DNA of 64,000 nucleotides from an uncultured Desulfospira sp. (GTDB taxonomy: Bacteria > Desulfobacterota > Desulfobacteria > Desulfobacterales > Desulfobacteraceae), in NCBI GenBank assembly GCA_963663165.1, contig OY760175.1:6560001-6624000 (forward strand). Direction: 5' to 3'. Below are positions 27,256 to 37,166 of the stretch, piece by piece (within the stretch, counting starts at the first letter, position 1; each line of letters begins with the position of its first letter). The translations under genes and the position numbers were made by a program. The notes beneath the pieces are model-generated. The model did not search any database and was not told the DNA's origin. It was given only the letters and a program-made list of their open reading frames with translations.

Positions 27256-29970
27256 TCAGTTGATTTTATAACTAAAATCCCCTTTATTGACACTCACGTT
27301 AATGGTAGAGATCTCATTTCCCTCTACAACCGCCGACAGGTAGGCATGGCTGATGGCAGGCAAAAGGGTGTTGGTCAAAATGGTGTCCACCATTCGGGCA
27401 CCGCTTTCAAGCTCTGTACACCGCTCGGTGATCAGCTTGAGTACCGACGGGGTGTAGGAAAGCTCGATATTCCGGGTCTCCTTGATCCGGTCCTGGATCC
27501 GCTTAAGCTGGAGCCGGATGATAACATCGAGCATTTCATCACTGATGGGGTAATAGGGGATGGTCACCAGCCGGCCTAAAAGCGCTGCCGGGAACACCTT
27601 GAGCAGGGAAGGCCGGAGGGCTTTGGCAATGCCCTCCACATCGGGCATCAGTTCCGGGTCCTTGCACATGTTCATGATCAGGTCACTGCCCACGTTGGAC
27701 GTCAACAGGATAATGGTATTTTTAAAGTCAATGAGGCGGCCTTCGCCGTCCTCCATCACGCCCTTGTCAAATACCTGGAAAAAGATTTCATGGACATCAG
27801 GATGGGCTTTTTCAACCTCGTCCAGCAGCACCACACTATAAGGATGGCGGCGGACCGCTTCGGTCAGGACCCCGCCTTCGCCATACCCCACATAACCGGG
27901 AGGGGCCCCTTTGAGGGTGGATACGGTATGGGACTCCTGGAATTCGCTCATGTTGATGGTGATCAGGTTCTGCTCTCCGCCGTACATGGCCTCGGCTAAG
28001 GCCAGGGCCGTTTCGGTTTTGCCCACACCGCTGGGGCCGGCCAGAAGGAAAACCCCCACCGGTTTGCTGGGATTGTCCACCCCGGCCCTGGAGGTCTGGA
28101 CCCGCTTGGTAATGTGCTCAAGGGCATGGCGCTGGCCCACCACCCGTTCTTCAAGCCGGTCGGCCAGGGTCAGGACCAGGGAGATTTCATCTTTGACCAT
28201 GCCGCCCACGGGAATGCCGGTCCAGTCTTCCACCACAGACCCGACACAAATGGCGTCCACACAGCTGGCCACCAGGGGTGAATCGCCCTGGCATTCCTTG
28301 AGTTCGGCTTCGGTCTGTTTGAGGGTTGCAAACAGTTCCTCGGCTGTCTGGCCGGATGCTTCAACGGGAACGTCCTCTCCCTGCTCCTGGTCGGTTAGCG
28401 GCATATCCGGGTTCTTTCCCTGGGACCTGAGTTTGGCCCTCAGGTCAAGAATGGTGTTCACCAGGCCCTTTTCTTTTTCCCAGGCCGCTTCATAGTGGGA
28501 AAGTTCTTCTCTTACCGTGGATAAAAGGTCAATGACCGCTTCTTTCCTGGCGGTATGTTCAAACCCCACGGCCTCTTCGTTTTCAATGATGGAAAGCTCT
28601 GTTTCCAGGGTATGGATTCTTTTTCTGCGGTCGTCCACCTTTGCCGGCACGGTGTGCTGGCTGACCCCGGTCCGGGCGCAGGCCGTGTCAATCAGACTGA
28701 TGGCCTTGTCCGGCAGCTGGCGGCCGGCAATGTACCGGCTGGACAGGGTGACGGCGGACGCTAAGGCCTCATCCAGCACCATGACCTTGTGGTGGGCTTC
28801 AAGGGTTTTGGCAAGCCCCCGGATCATGAGCAGCGCTTTTTCAGGGGAGGGCTCTTCCACCTTGACCACCTGGAACCGCCGGGTCAGGGCCGGGTCTTTT
28901 TCAAAATATTTTTTATATTCCGCCCAGGTCGTGGCGGCAATGGTTCTTAAGGTGCCCCGGGCCAGCTCAGGTTTAAGCAGGTTGGCGGCATCCCCGGTGC
29001 CGGCGGCCCCGCCGGCACCGATGAGGGTATGGGCCTCGTCAATGAACAGGATGATGGGGGTTTCCGAAGACTGAACTTCTTCGATCACCTGTTTGAGCCG
29101 GTTCTCAAATTCACCTTTCATACTGGCCCCGGCGGACAGCAGCCCGATATCAAGGGACCTTAAGGTAACGTTTCTTAAGGAGGGCGGCACATCTCCGTCG
29201 GCAATTTTCTGGGCAAACCCTTCAAGCACCGCTGTTTTTCCCACACCGGCCTCACCGGTGAGAATGGGGTTGTTCTGTTTGCGGCGCATAAGGATGTCGA
29301 TGATCTGGCGGATTTCTTCATCCCGTCCCAGGATGGGGTCCATCTTTCCTTCCCGGGCCTTCTGGGTCAGGTCAACGGAAAACTGGGCTAAGGCCTGCTG
29401 TTTGCCCATCTGGGCCGGGGCCACGGCGCCGCTGGCTTCTCCCGGGCCTACACCGCCGGTAATGGATTTGCCGTCTTTTGAAGACATGGTGTCTTCAATG
29501 GATCCGGAAACAATGGCGTAAAATTCATCGGTCAGGGTCTCGAGTTTGAGTTTGGACAGTTCCGGGGACATGCTCAGGAAGATGCCGGACACCCCTTTGT
29601 TGTTGAGCATGGCAATGATCAGCTGGCCGGTACGGATGCAGCTTTCATCAAACATCAGGGTGGCAAAGGTCCAGGCCGTTTCCAGGATTTCATCAAGATG
29701 GGGGGACAAGGAAGACACCGAAGAAGACCCTACCGGCAGTTTTTCCAGGGCCGTGGTAACGTCTTTGGCAAGCCTGGACTGGTCCACATCAAAATGATTC
29801 AGAATTTTAACCACATCGCAGTCCCCGTGCTGGAGCAGCTGCTGGAACCAGTGGACAATTTCCACACAGGGGTTGCCCCTCATTTTACAGAATACAGTTG
29901 CGCTTTCCAGTGATTTGTAACCAAGACTGTTGAGTTTGCCGAATAAAACCGTCCTTTTAATTTCAACCAT
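27256..29970 (-). CDS. tssH: T6SS AAA+ ATPase ClpV
   Basis: LFGKLN N-terminus; two AAA domains (GEAGVGKT, GPSGVGKT); GAPPGYVGYGEGG. Confidence 0.97.
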   Translation of the reverse strand: MVEIKRTVLFGKLNSLGYKSLESATVFCKMRGNPCVEIVHWFQQLLQHGDCDVVKILNHFDVDQSRLAKDVTTALEKLPVGSSSVSSLSPHLDEILETAWTFATLMFDESCIRTGQLIIAMLNNKGVSGIFLSMSPELSKLKLETLTDEFYAIVSGSIEDTMSSKDGKSITGGVGPGEASGAVAPAQMGKQQALAQFSVDLTQKAREGKMDPILGRDEEIRQIIDILMRRKQNNPILTGEAGVGKTAVLEGFAQKIADGDVPPSLRNVTLRSLDIGLLSAGASMKGEFENRLKQVIEEVQSSETPIILFIDEAHTLIGAGGAAGTGDAANLLKPELARGTLRTIAATTWAEYKKYFEKDPALTRRFQVVKVEEPSPEKALLMIRGLAKTLEAHHKVMVLDEALASAVTLSSRYIAGRQLPDKAISLIDTACARTGVSQHTVPAKVDDRRKRIHTLETELSIIENEEAVGFEHTARKEAVIDLLSTVREELSHYEAAWEKEKGLVNTILDLRAKLRSQGKNPDMPLTDQEQGEDVPVEASGQTAEELFATLKQTEAELKECQGDSPLVASCVDAICVGSVVEDWTGIPVGGMVKDEISLVLTLADRLEERVVGQRHALEHITKRVQTSRAGVDNPSKPVGVFLLAGPSGVGKTETALALAEAMYGGEQNLITINMSEFQESHTVSTLKGAPPGYVGYGEGGVLTEAVRRHPYSVVLLDEVEKAHPDVHEIFFQVFDKGVMEDGEGRLIDFKNTIILLTSNVGSDLIMNMCKDPELMPDVEGIAKALRPSLLKVFPAALLGRLVTIPYYPISDEMLDVIIRLQLKRIQDRIKETRNIELSYTPSVLKLITERCTELESGARMVDTILTNTLLPAISHAYLSAVVEGNEISTINVSVNKGDFSYKIN

Positions 29971-29979
29971 TTCTGTCTC

Positions 29980-30028
29980 CGTTGGCTTTTAGCTTTTAGC
30001 CGTTAGCTTTTAGCTTTTAGCTGTTAAT
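29980..30028. repeat. Heptamer array (TTTTAGC family) between tssG and tssH
   Basis: cgttggc ttttagc ttttagc cgttagc ttttagc ttttagc tgttaat. Confidence 0.88.
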
Positions 30029-30075
30029 ATTTTTTGGGGTGCTGCAAGCCGCTAAGGGTTGACAGCTTTAATTTT

Positions 30076-31101
30076 TTACCGGCTGCCGGATATGGTCAGA
30101 TCATCCGCATCCTTCTGGCCTTTTCTTTTTTTAAACCAGCCGGTGTATCCCAACCTTATCTTTTTGTCGGCCGTGAAATCAGGGATTTCTTCGGCCATTA
30201 ATATCAGTTGAACATCCCAGTCAAAACTCATGCCCACATAGTTGTCAACCCAGTTTTTCAAATGGGCAAACCCCTTTGAATCCGGGGTCAGTTTTTCATA
30301 CAATGAAAGCTTCATGGGGCCTAATACCAGCCTGAATTTCTGGTTGATATCCCAGATCCGCCGACCGAGAATACAGGTTTTCCCCATGATCCCGGTGTGT
30401 TCCGATTCCCCGACCCGGAACTGGTCCTGAAAGGGAATGGCGATCCATTGCCCGGTAAACGGTTCCATTCTGACCGGTGTGCCGAAATAGCCGCTGAGCA
30501 CCGCACAAAGGCCTTCGACATTCATATCCCTTTGAATCAGCCGGCCCGAATAGTAGAGGCGGGCATCTTTGGGCACCTCATCCGGGCGATCGTCTTCCCC
30601 TGATTTGATGCTGATCAAAGAGCCGATGTAACTGGAAAACGGATCTTCATTCCAGTCCCGGTTAACGGTGATCTGGTTGATGGCCCAGGCCCGGTAGTAC
30701 AATGAGATCATGCGGTGGTGGAACATGTCCAGAAAATTCCTGATGGCATGATCCTTGTGCTGGTGGCCCCGCTGAAACACATATTCGGTCAAAAACAGGG
30801 GCATGGGGCCGTTGCAGCCCAAAAGGCCAAAACAATGGACCGTCAGTTCGGCCATGCCTTGTCCCTCTTTGGGCTTAAAGCCCGCCACGTCGGAAGGGGG
30901 AAAGGCCAGGGTGGGTTTTTGCCGGAAACGAAGGGGTTCGGTTTTGGTTTTATAGGCAAAACCGGTCCCGTCCGCCTCAGGATCAAGGGCCGTAAAATAC
31001 CGGTCAAGCTCCCTGACCAGCCCGAAAAAGTTCCACTCATAGGGGGCTGAGGCCAGGGCTTGTTCTAACTGAGTTCCTGATTTGAGCTTCGCTTGGGCCA
31101 T
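30076..31101 (-). CDS. tssG: T6SS baseplate subunit
   Basis: FGLLGCNGPMP, FLDMFHHR...YYRAW, FTGQW; position after tssF. Confidence 0.95.
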   Translation of the reverse strand: MAQAKLKSGTQLEQALASAPYEWNFFGLVRELDRYFTALDPEADGTGFAYKTKTEPLRFRQKPTLAFPPSDVAGFKPKEGQGMAELTVHCFGLLGCNGPMPLFLTEYVFQRGHQHKDHAIRNFLDMFHHRMISLYYRAWAINQITVNRDWNEDPFSSYIGSLISIKSGEDDRPDEVPKDARLYYSGRLIQRDMNVEGLCAVLSGYFGTPVRMEPFTGQWIAIPFQDQFRVGESEHTGIMGKTCILGRRIWDINQKFRLVLGPMKLSLYEKLTPDSKGFAHLKNWVDNYVGMSFDWDVQLILMAEEIPDFTADKKIRLGYTGWFKKRKGQKDADDLTISGSR

Positions 31102-32948
31102 GTTTTAATTTTTCCCCGTTCAACAGAGTGGATAACGGTCTGGGTAAATGAATTGATCTGGGCCGATGCCCCGAAATACCGGTCAAGGATTGAACCCAGC
31201 AGAAATATCCCCATGCCCCTGAAGGCATCCTCATCCAGGGTCAGGTTGATTTCAAGCCCCCGGATAAAGGAAATGGGCCCGTTCCCGTAAAGCCGGCTGG
31301 TCACCGGCTTGGCCAGAATATCGGCAATCCCGTCAATCTGCCGCCTGAAATAGTAGGAATCCGGATCACAGTACAGGTTGAGCAGGTCTTTGAGGCGCTG
31401 TATTCTGGCCGCATCGTTGCTTCTGAGAATGGACAGGTAATTCAATGACAGATGATTGATAATATTCCATTCTGATATTTTTTCTTTAAAGGTGGTGACC
31501 GGCGGGGTCGGGCCGTCAATGCAGCGGACCGCTGTGGCCGGCACGTTGATTTCCAGGGTAAAGTCGGTATCCCCCCTTCCCACGGGCATCATGGCCGGCA
31601 GGTCCCGGTTGCTGACCAGGGCGGTGACCGCTAATTCTTTGACGTCCGGGTCAAGGGGCCTTGCCTGTTCGTCCACCAGGGAAATGTAAATGTCCGAGCC
31701 CACGTAACCCGAGCGGGTTCCATATTTTTTTTCCGTTTCCGTAAGGGTCCGGGGCCTGCGGTATTCTGCATAATAGGCATCGGCCCTGGCCGGACCGTCA
31801 TCAAATCCGGTTTTGGAGTAAAAGGGGAAAAAGGGTTTTCCTGAAATATACCCGGCACCGTATCCCGTGACCTTTTCAATTTGCAGCACCTCATAGTCAA
31901 GGGTCCTTGTCCGGTCGGCCATCACCAGGAATTCAAAGTTGCTCTTTTTGATGTGGATGCGGTCGGTCCGTTTTCTGAACAGGTTAACGGCCGGTGTGGA
32001 GAACAGTTCAAAATTATCGGTATTGACCTTTTTATCCAGGCTTGTTTCCGCTTTATCAAAAATCAGGGTGATGTCAATCTCGTTGCTGTGGCACCGGGAC
32101 AACATGTTTTTTAAATCCAGAAATTTGAAAAACATGAACCTTTGGGGAAAGGCAAAGTATTCCCGGATAAGCCGGTATCCCTGAAAGGTTCTATGGTCGT
32201 AGGGGAACAGGGCCTGGTCCGTTGAAAACCCGTCCTGGACCAGAATGTTTTCAACATCCCGGCGCACGATTCTAAGGCTTTTGTCATCTCCGGCAGATTG
32301 AATGATCACGGCCCGGCAGTTGGCAAAAATCTGCTCATAAAGCTGCATGGGAACCGAATCTTTGGTATCCCTTAAATAAACCGGGAGGGTGTCCATGTCG
32401 ATCTGGTTTAAGGCTAAGGCTTCCGGCGATGACAGGCGAAGACTTAAACTTGCGGCGGCCTTGGTGCCGCTGTCAAACCCCATGGTATCCCTGAACCCGG
32501 TCTGGTATACCGCCTTTTCAAGGGTGATGGGGTAAAGGGTCACCTCATGTGCCGTCTGAAACCGGCAGGCGGTTTTTTCCCCTTTTCCAATGACGGATTT
32601 GAGCATGGTATCCGCCGGTATGGTAAACCCTTCGGCCAGATCCGAATCACTTAAGTCCGGCGTAAACGAAACCATGGCCATGGCCGGGGTGGGCATCAGA
32701 TACTGCGGATAAACCGTGTTGATAATGGAATGGGTAAACCTTGGGAATTCTTCATCAAGTTTTAAATGAACCCGGGCCGCCAGAAAGGCAAACCCTTCAA
32801 GGAGCCGTTCAACATAAGGGTCTTCACAGGAGAACCGCTCAAGCCCTAACCTGGCGGCAATCTTGGGGTTTTCCTTTGAAAACCGACTGCCGGATTCCCT
32901 TAAGTGCTGAAGTTCAATGTTATAGTAGGTTAAAAATTTTTTATCCAT
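31065..32948 (-). CDS. tssF: T6SS baseplate subunit
   Basis: YYNIELQHLRE, DPYVERLLEGFAFLAAR, EYFAFPQRF, HLSLNY, INSFTQ. Confidence 0.97.
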   Translation of the reverse strand: MDKKFLTYYNIELQHLRESGSRFSKENPKIAARLGLERFSCEDPYVERLLEGFAFLAARVHLKLDEEFPRFTHSIINTVYPQYLMPTPAMAMVSFTPDLSDSDLAEGFTIPADTMLKSVIGKGEKTACRFQTAHEVTLYPITLEKAVYQTGFRDTMGFDSGTKAAASLSLRLSSPEALALNQIDMDTLPVYLRDTKDSVPMQLYEQIFANCRAVIIQSAGDDKSLRIVRRDVENILVQDGFSTDQALFPYDHRTFQGYRLIREYFAFPQRFMFFKFLDLKNMLSRCHSNEIDITLIFDKAETSLDKKVNTDNFELFSTPAVNLFRKRTDRIHIKKSNFEFLVMADRTRTLDYEVLQIEKVTGYGAGYISGKPFFPFYSKTGFDDGPARADAYYAEYRRPRTLTETEKKYGTRSGYVGSDIYISLVDEQARPLDPDVKELAVTALVSNRDLPAMMPVGRGDTDFTLEINVPATAVRCIDGPTPPVTTFKEKISEWNIINHLSLNYLSILRSNDAARIQRLKDLLNLYCDPDSYYFRRQIDGIADILAKPVTSRLYGNGPISFIRGLEINLTLDEDAFRGMGIFLLGSILDRYFGASAQINSFTQTVIHSVERGKIKTWPKRSSNQELS

Positions 32949-32989
32949 GAAGCCCCTTGTTTTCTTTGGAAGGCCCTAAGGTTAACATA

Positions 32990-33481
32990 TCAGGACACCC
33001 GGCATTCGCCGGTTTCAAGGTCAAATTCGGTTTTAATAAACAATTTTTCACAAATGGGTTCCGCCCATAACTCCCCTTCAATGTCAAAATGGGCCTTGGA
33101 TTTTTGATGGTGGTCCTTTGGCTTGGATTTACGAATGGTAAGGGTTTCTTTTAATATTCTGGGCTCATACCGGATAATGGCCTCTTTAATGGCCGCAATG
33201 AGCCTGGCAGTGTTTTGGGTGCCGGTAAAGTCGCCACTGAAATCTCTAACGCCGTAATTGACCACGGATTCCTGGACATAGCCGAAGCCTTCCAGCATTT
33301 TTTCATCGGGCCGGGTCAGATTGTTGAACAAGAATTCCAGGTCCCTTGCCAAGGCGGCCCGGTATTGCTTTAAGTTCACCACCTTAAATTCCCTGCTTTC
33401 CTTGATCGCCTTTGGGTACCTGTCCGTGAGCCGGTCAAGCAGGCAGGGTAAAATTTTTTTTTTCGGGGAATATGTTTCCAT
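32990..33481 (-). CDS. tssE: T6SS baseplate gp25-like subunit
   Basis: LLDRL, RDLEFLFN, SVVNYG, I.RYEPR. Confidence 0.93.
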   Translation of the reverse strand: METYSPKKKILPCLLDRLTDRYPKAIKESREFKVVNLKQYRAALARDLEFLFNNLTRPDEKMLEGFGYVQESVVNYGVRDFSGDFTGTQNTARLIAAIKEAIIRYEPRILKETLTIRKSKPKDHHQKSKAHFDIEGELWAEPICEKLFIKTEFDLETGECRVS

Positions 33482-33494
33482 GTCGCCGGCAAAC

Positions 33495-34289
33495 CTAAGA
33501 TTCAGGGTTTAAGACAATTTCCCTTACATCCATAAGGGGATAGTCTTGAAGGTTGGTGGCCAGCATCCGCTGGCCCTGGCCGAAAAATACATCGGCAAAG
33601 GCCTCGTTCCATAAGGTTTTCCGGCCCAAGGCAATGGCATCGTCGTCGGTCTCAAAGGACCCCGGGTACCGGGCCGGGATAAATCCCACGGACTGCCCTT
33701 CGTTTTTCCAGACAACGGTGGCCGGCAGCCAGAGCACATCACGAAGGTCACAGGGTTCGGGAATCATCATCTGCTTGATGTTGGACAGGGCGGTCAGGTA
33801 AAACCGTCCCTCAATAATGATTTCCAGAATCGGCCCGAGACGGGAGTCGGCATCGGCCAACCACTCAAAGGGTTCTCCGTTAATGGTTCCCGGGACCGCC
33901 GGTGCCTGATCCAGGGCCTTGTCCCGAAGTTTTTTGGCGGCCTTATGTTCTTTTTTCCCATCCATCATCAGGGCCTGGACCATCTGGCCGACCCATTCTT
34001 CGGGTTCACCAAAAATCAGGGGCATGCGCTGTCCGGCAAAAATTTTTTCCCTTAACACCTCACAGTTTAAAAGGGGGGCGCAGGCCTTTGCCATTAACTT
34101 GTTTTCTTCATCCATGTCACCGGCTAAATTTAACTGGGTCATGGCCCGGGTATACTCCCCGGCAATACAGAGCAGTTGAAACAGATAGGTTCTGAGTTCA
34201 GGCTTTGCCGGGTTGTTGCGGATATCCTGTTTTAACTCTTCAAGACTTCCGGAAATGGTTCCGGAAAACAGCATTTTTTTCTCAGACAT
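33495..34289 (-). CDS. tagJ: T6SS accessory TagJ (ImpE/SciE family)
   Basis: LFQLLCIAG, FEWLADADSRLGP, DLRDVLW, IPARYPG, LGRKT.W, GQGQR. Confidence 0.92.
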   Translation of the reverse strand: MSEKKMLFSGTISGSLEELKQDIRNNPAKPELRTYLFQLLCIAGEYTRAMTQLNLAGDMDEENKLMAKACAPLLNCEVLREKIFAGQRMPLIFGEPEEWVGQMVQALMMDGKKEHKAAKKLRDKALDQAPAVPGTINGEPFEWLADADSRLGPILEIIIEGRFYLTALSNIKQMMIPEPCDLRDVLWLPATVVWKNEGQSVGFIPARYPGSFETDDDAIALGRKTLWNEAFADVFFGQGQRMLATNLQDYPLMDVREIVLNPES

Positions 34290-34300
34290 GGTATTTGGGC

Positions 34301-34409
34301 CTTTGGCTTTTTTTAGCTGTTAGCGGTTAGCAATTAGCAATTAGCCGTTAGCTGTTAGCGGTCAGCCATTAGATAAAACCTAAAGGCTAAAAGCTAACAG
34401 CTAACAGCT
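34301..34409. repeat. Heptamer array (NNTTAGC x9) followed by inverted GCTAACA units; hairpin between hcp and tagJ
   Basis: Direct units 34311-34373, inverted units 34386-34408. Confidence 0.9.
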
Positions 34410-34417
34410 TTTTTATC

Positions 34418-34912
34418 CTAGGCGCCGGTATTGGTTGCGCAGTTCCAGGATTTGGTGATGGTGCCGAGGGGAGATCCGGCCTCATCAATGGGCGTATAGT
34501 TCCACTCGATCTCTTTGTAGTTCAGTCCGATCTGTTCAACCGGACGGCCGGCCTGGCCGGCGGAGTCAGAGAAGTTGATTGAGGAAATAACAACCTCTTT
34601 GAGAACAATTTCCAGCATTGTGTGAGAGGCGGTGGTGCTGGTGACCATATGAAGCCGAGCCTCTGTAAAATGCTGTCCCTGGCAGCACTGAAGCATGATG
34701 GGAAGGGTGGCCGAGTCAAGGACCTTGGTGACGATGAAATCGCCATGTTCCACGTTGCCCACAGTGCGGCCGCCGGTGGCGCCTACGGCAGACCGGTCGA
34801 TATGGGCCGCGATGTTGTGGGAGAATCCATCGACTTTCATCCACTTATCATGGTTTGCTTCTGAGCATTCGCCGTCTAAGGTGTCAATTTTCATGTAAAT
34901 TGCATTGGACAT
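34418..34912 (-). CDS. hcp: T6SS tube protein Hcp
   Basis: YMKI..GEC...HDKW, F.VTK.LD.AT, E.IGLNY..I.W.Y; follows tssC. Confidence 0.95.
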   Translation of the reverse strand: MSNAIYMKIDTLDGECSEANHDKWMKVDGFSHNIAAHIDRSAVGATGGRTVGNVEHGDFIVTKVLDSATLPIMLQCCQGQHFTEARLHMVTSTTASHTMLEIVLKEVVISSINFSDSAGQAGRPVEQIGLNYKEIEWNYTPIDEAGSPLGTITKSWNCATNTGA

Positions 34913-35042
34913 GTTACTTCTCCTTTTTTTAATGGTCTTTTTTTAACGATCTGGCGGTTAACAAAATTGTTATTGCCCGTTCTTATAATTAAGTTAATAT
35001 ACCCTGCAAAAACTTTCAGGTTAGTTCAACCCCTGCCGGCCA

Positions 35043-36533
35043 TCAGCTTTTCTCACTGGGCAGCTTGGATACCAGCCGCAGGGATACGGTCAGGCCTTCC
35101 AGCTGGTAATGGGGGCGCAGGAAGAACTTGGCACTGTAGTATCCGGGGTTGCCCTCAACTTCTTCAACTACCACCTGGGCGGCCGCAAGGGGGTGTTTTG
35201 CCTTGGCTTCGGCGCTGGCCGTTGAATCCGGTGTAACATAATTCATAATCCACCGGTTCAGGAACTGCTCCATATCGCTTCTTTCGGCAAATGAACCGAT
35301 TTTATCCCGGACAATGCATTTCAGGTAATGGGCAAACCGGCATGTGGCAAAAAGGTAGGGCAGCCGTGCCCCGAGGTTGGCATTGGCCGTGGCATCGGGA
35401 TCATCATATTCGGCCGGCTGATGCATGGACTGGGCCCCGATAAACACGGCATAATCCGTATTTTTCCAGTGGACCAGGGGCATCATGCCGTTTTTGGCAA
35501 GCTCTGCCTCACGCCGGTCGGTGATGGCAATTTCTGTGGGGCACTTCATGGCCACACCGCCGTCATCGGTATTAAAGGTGTGGCAGGGAAGGCCTTCCAC
35601 CATGCCGCCGCTCTCCGCACCGCGGATACTGGAACACCAGCCGTATTTCTTAAAAGACTTGGTGATGTTGGTGGCCATGGCAAAGGCAGAATTGGACCAG
35701 ACAAATTTGGAATGGTCCGCACCGCCGGTATCCTCATCAAAGTTGAATTCTTCAATGGGATTGTCCTTGGGGCTATAGGGCTGCCGGGACAGAAACCGGG
35801 GCATGGCAAGGCCAATATACTTTGAGTCTTCCGATGCCCTGAAAGAGCGCCACGGGGCATAGTCCGGGCTCTGGAAAATCTTGGTCAGGTCTCTGGGATT
35901 GCTCAGTTCCTGCCAGGAATCCATGTTCATCAGGCTCGGGTCGGAACCGGCAATAAACGGACAGTGGGCGGCAGCGGCAATCTGGGCCATGCCCTGGAGG
36001 ATGCCCACATCCTGGGTGCTGTGGTTAAAGAAGTAATCCCCGACCAGGCAGCCGTAAGGTTCCCCGCCGGCAGAGCCGTATTCTTCTTCGTACAGTTTTT
36101 TGAACAGGGGGCTTTGATCCCAGTTGGTTCCCTTGAATTTTTTGATGGTTTTGGCCACTTCGGTTTTCTTGATGTTCATGACCCGCAGCTTTAAGGTCTC
36201 ATCGGTTTCCGTATTGGACACCAGATGGTAAAGGCCCCGCCAGCTGCCTTCCAGGGATTTGAAATCTTCGTGGTGCATGATCAGGTTGATCTGTTCGGTC
36301 ATTTTCCGGTCAATTTCGGAAATAATGGACTCAATGGTGCTGACCGCATCTTCGGTGATGGTTGCCGTGTCGACCAGGGCCTGTTCCACCAGGGTCCGGA
36401 CAGCCGATTCCACGGCAGCCTTGGCCTTGTCGGTTTTGGGTTTAAAGGAACCGGCCAGAAGCTGATCGAGTTCACTGATTTCAATGGTCTCTGCCGCCTG
36501 CTGCCCTTGTTCCAAGCTGTTTTCTTCTGCCAT
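35043..36533 (-). CDS. tssC: T6SS contractile sheath large subunit
   Basis: LEGSWRGL, YEEEYG..GGEP, AAAAHCPF, PRFL.R.PY, RFAHYLK, LRPHYQLE. Confidence 0.98.
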   Translation of the reverse strand: MAEENSLEQGQQAAETIEISELDQLLAGSFKPKTDKAKAAVESAVRTLVEQALVDTATITEDAVSTIESIISEIDRKMTEQINLIMHHEDFKSLEGSWRGLYHLVSNTETDETLKLRVMNIKKTEVAKTIKKFKGTNWDQSPLFKKLYEEEYGSAGGEPYGCLVGDYFFNHSTQDVGILQGMAQIAAAAHCPFIAGSDPSLMNMDSWQELSNPRDLTKIFQSPDYAPWRSFRASEDSKYIGLAMPRFLSRQPYSPKDNPIEEFNFDEDTGGADHSKFVWSNSAFAMATNITKSFKKYGWCSSIRGAESGGMVEGLPCHTFNTDDGGVAMKCPTEIAITDRREAELAKNGMMPLVHWKNTDYAVFIGAQSMHQPAEYDDPDATANANLGARLPYLFATCRFAHYLKCIVRDKIGSFAERSDMEQFLNRWIMNYVTPDSTASAEAKAKHPLAAAQVVVEEVEGNPGYYSAKFFLRPHYQLEGLTVSLRLVSKLPSEKS

Positions 36534-36536
36534 AAT

Positions 36537-37055
36537 TTAATCCTCCTCACCTTCCTGGGGGTTTTCCGGTTTGGGCGCTGAGGCCAGGCTCTTCATAAGT
36601 TCGGGGTCATTAAGAATCTTGCCCACCAGCTCTTCGGCGTCGGTCTTGCCGTCCATATAGGTCAGCAGATTGGACAGCTCGGTTCTGGCGGTCAGCAGCT
36701 TATTTAAAGAATCCACCTTTTTGGCAACGGCGGCCGGTGAAAAATCGTCCATGCTGTCAAAGGTGATGTCAACACTCATGTCCCCCTCTCCGGTCAGGGT
36801 ATTGGGAACCCGAAAGGCCACCCGGGGTTTCATGGCTTTCATTCTGGCATCAAAGTTATCCACGTCGATTTCCATGAATTCCCGCTGGGCGACCGGCTCT
36901 AAGGGGTCTGCCGGTTTTCCGGACAAATCCGACATGATGCCCATGACAAAGGGGAGGTTGACTTTTTTCTGCGCACCGTAGACTTCAAGATCGTATTCGA
37001 TCTGAACCCGGGGCGCCCTGTTTCTACTGATAAATTTTTGTGAACTGTCAGCCAT
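36537..37055 (-). CDS. tssB: T6SS contractile sheath small subunit
   Basis: SSQKFI.RNRAPRVQIEYD, LPFVMG, DNFD, DDFSP; ATG 37055 with AAGGA RBS. Confidence 0.98.
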   Translation of the reverse strand: MADSSQKFISRNRAPRVQIEYDLEVYGAQKKVNLPFVMGIMSDLSGKPADPLEPVAQREFMEIDVDNFDARMKAMKPRVAFRVPNTLTGEGDMSVDITFDSMDDFSPAAVAKKVDSLNKLLTARTELSNLLTYMDGKTDAEELVGKILNDPELMKSLASAPKPENPQEGEED

Positions 37056-37166
37056 TAGATTTTCCTTTTTTCTGTTGGGTTTCAATCAGTTTACATGGAG
37101 CCCGTTACTTTGGACCGTAAAGCGGCCCCATAAATTGAAACCATGGATTAACCCATACATTGGACT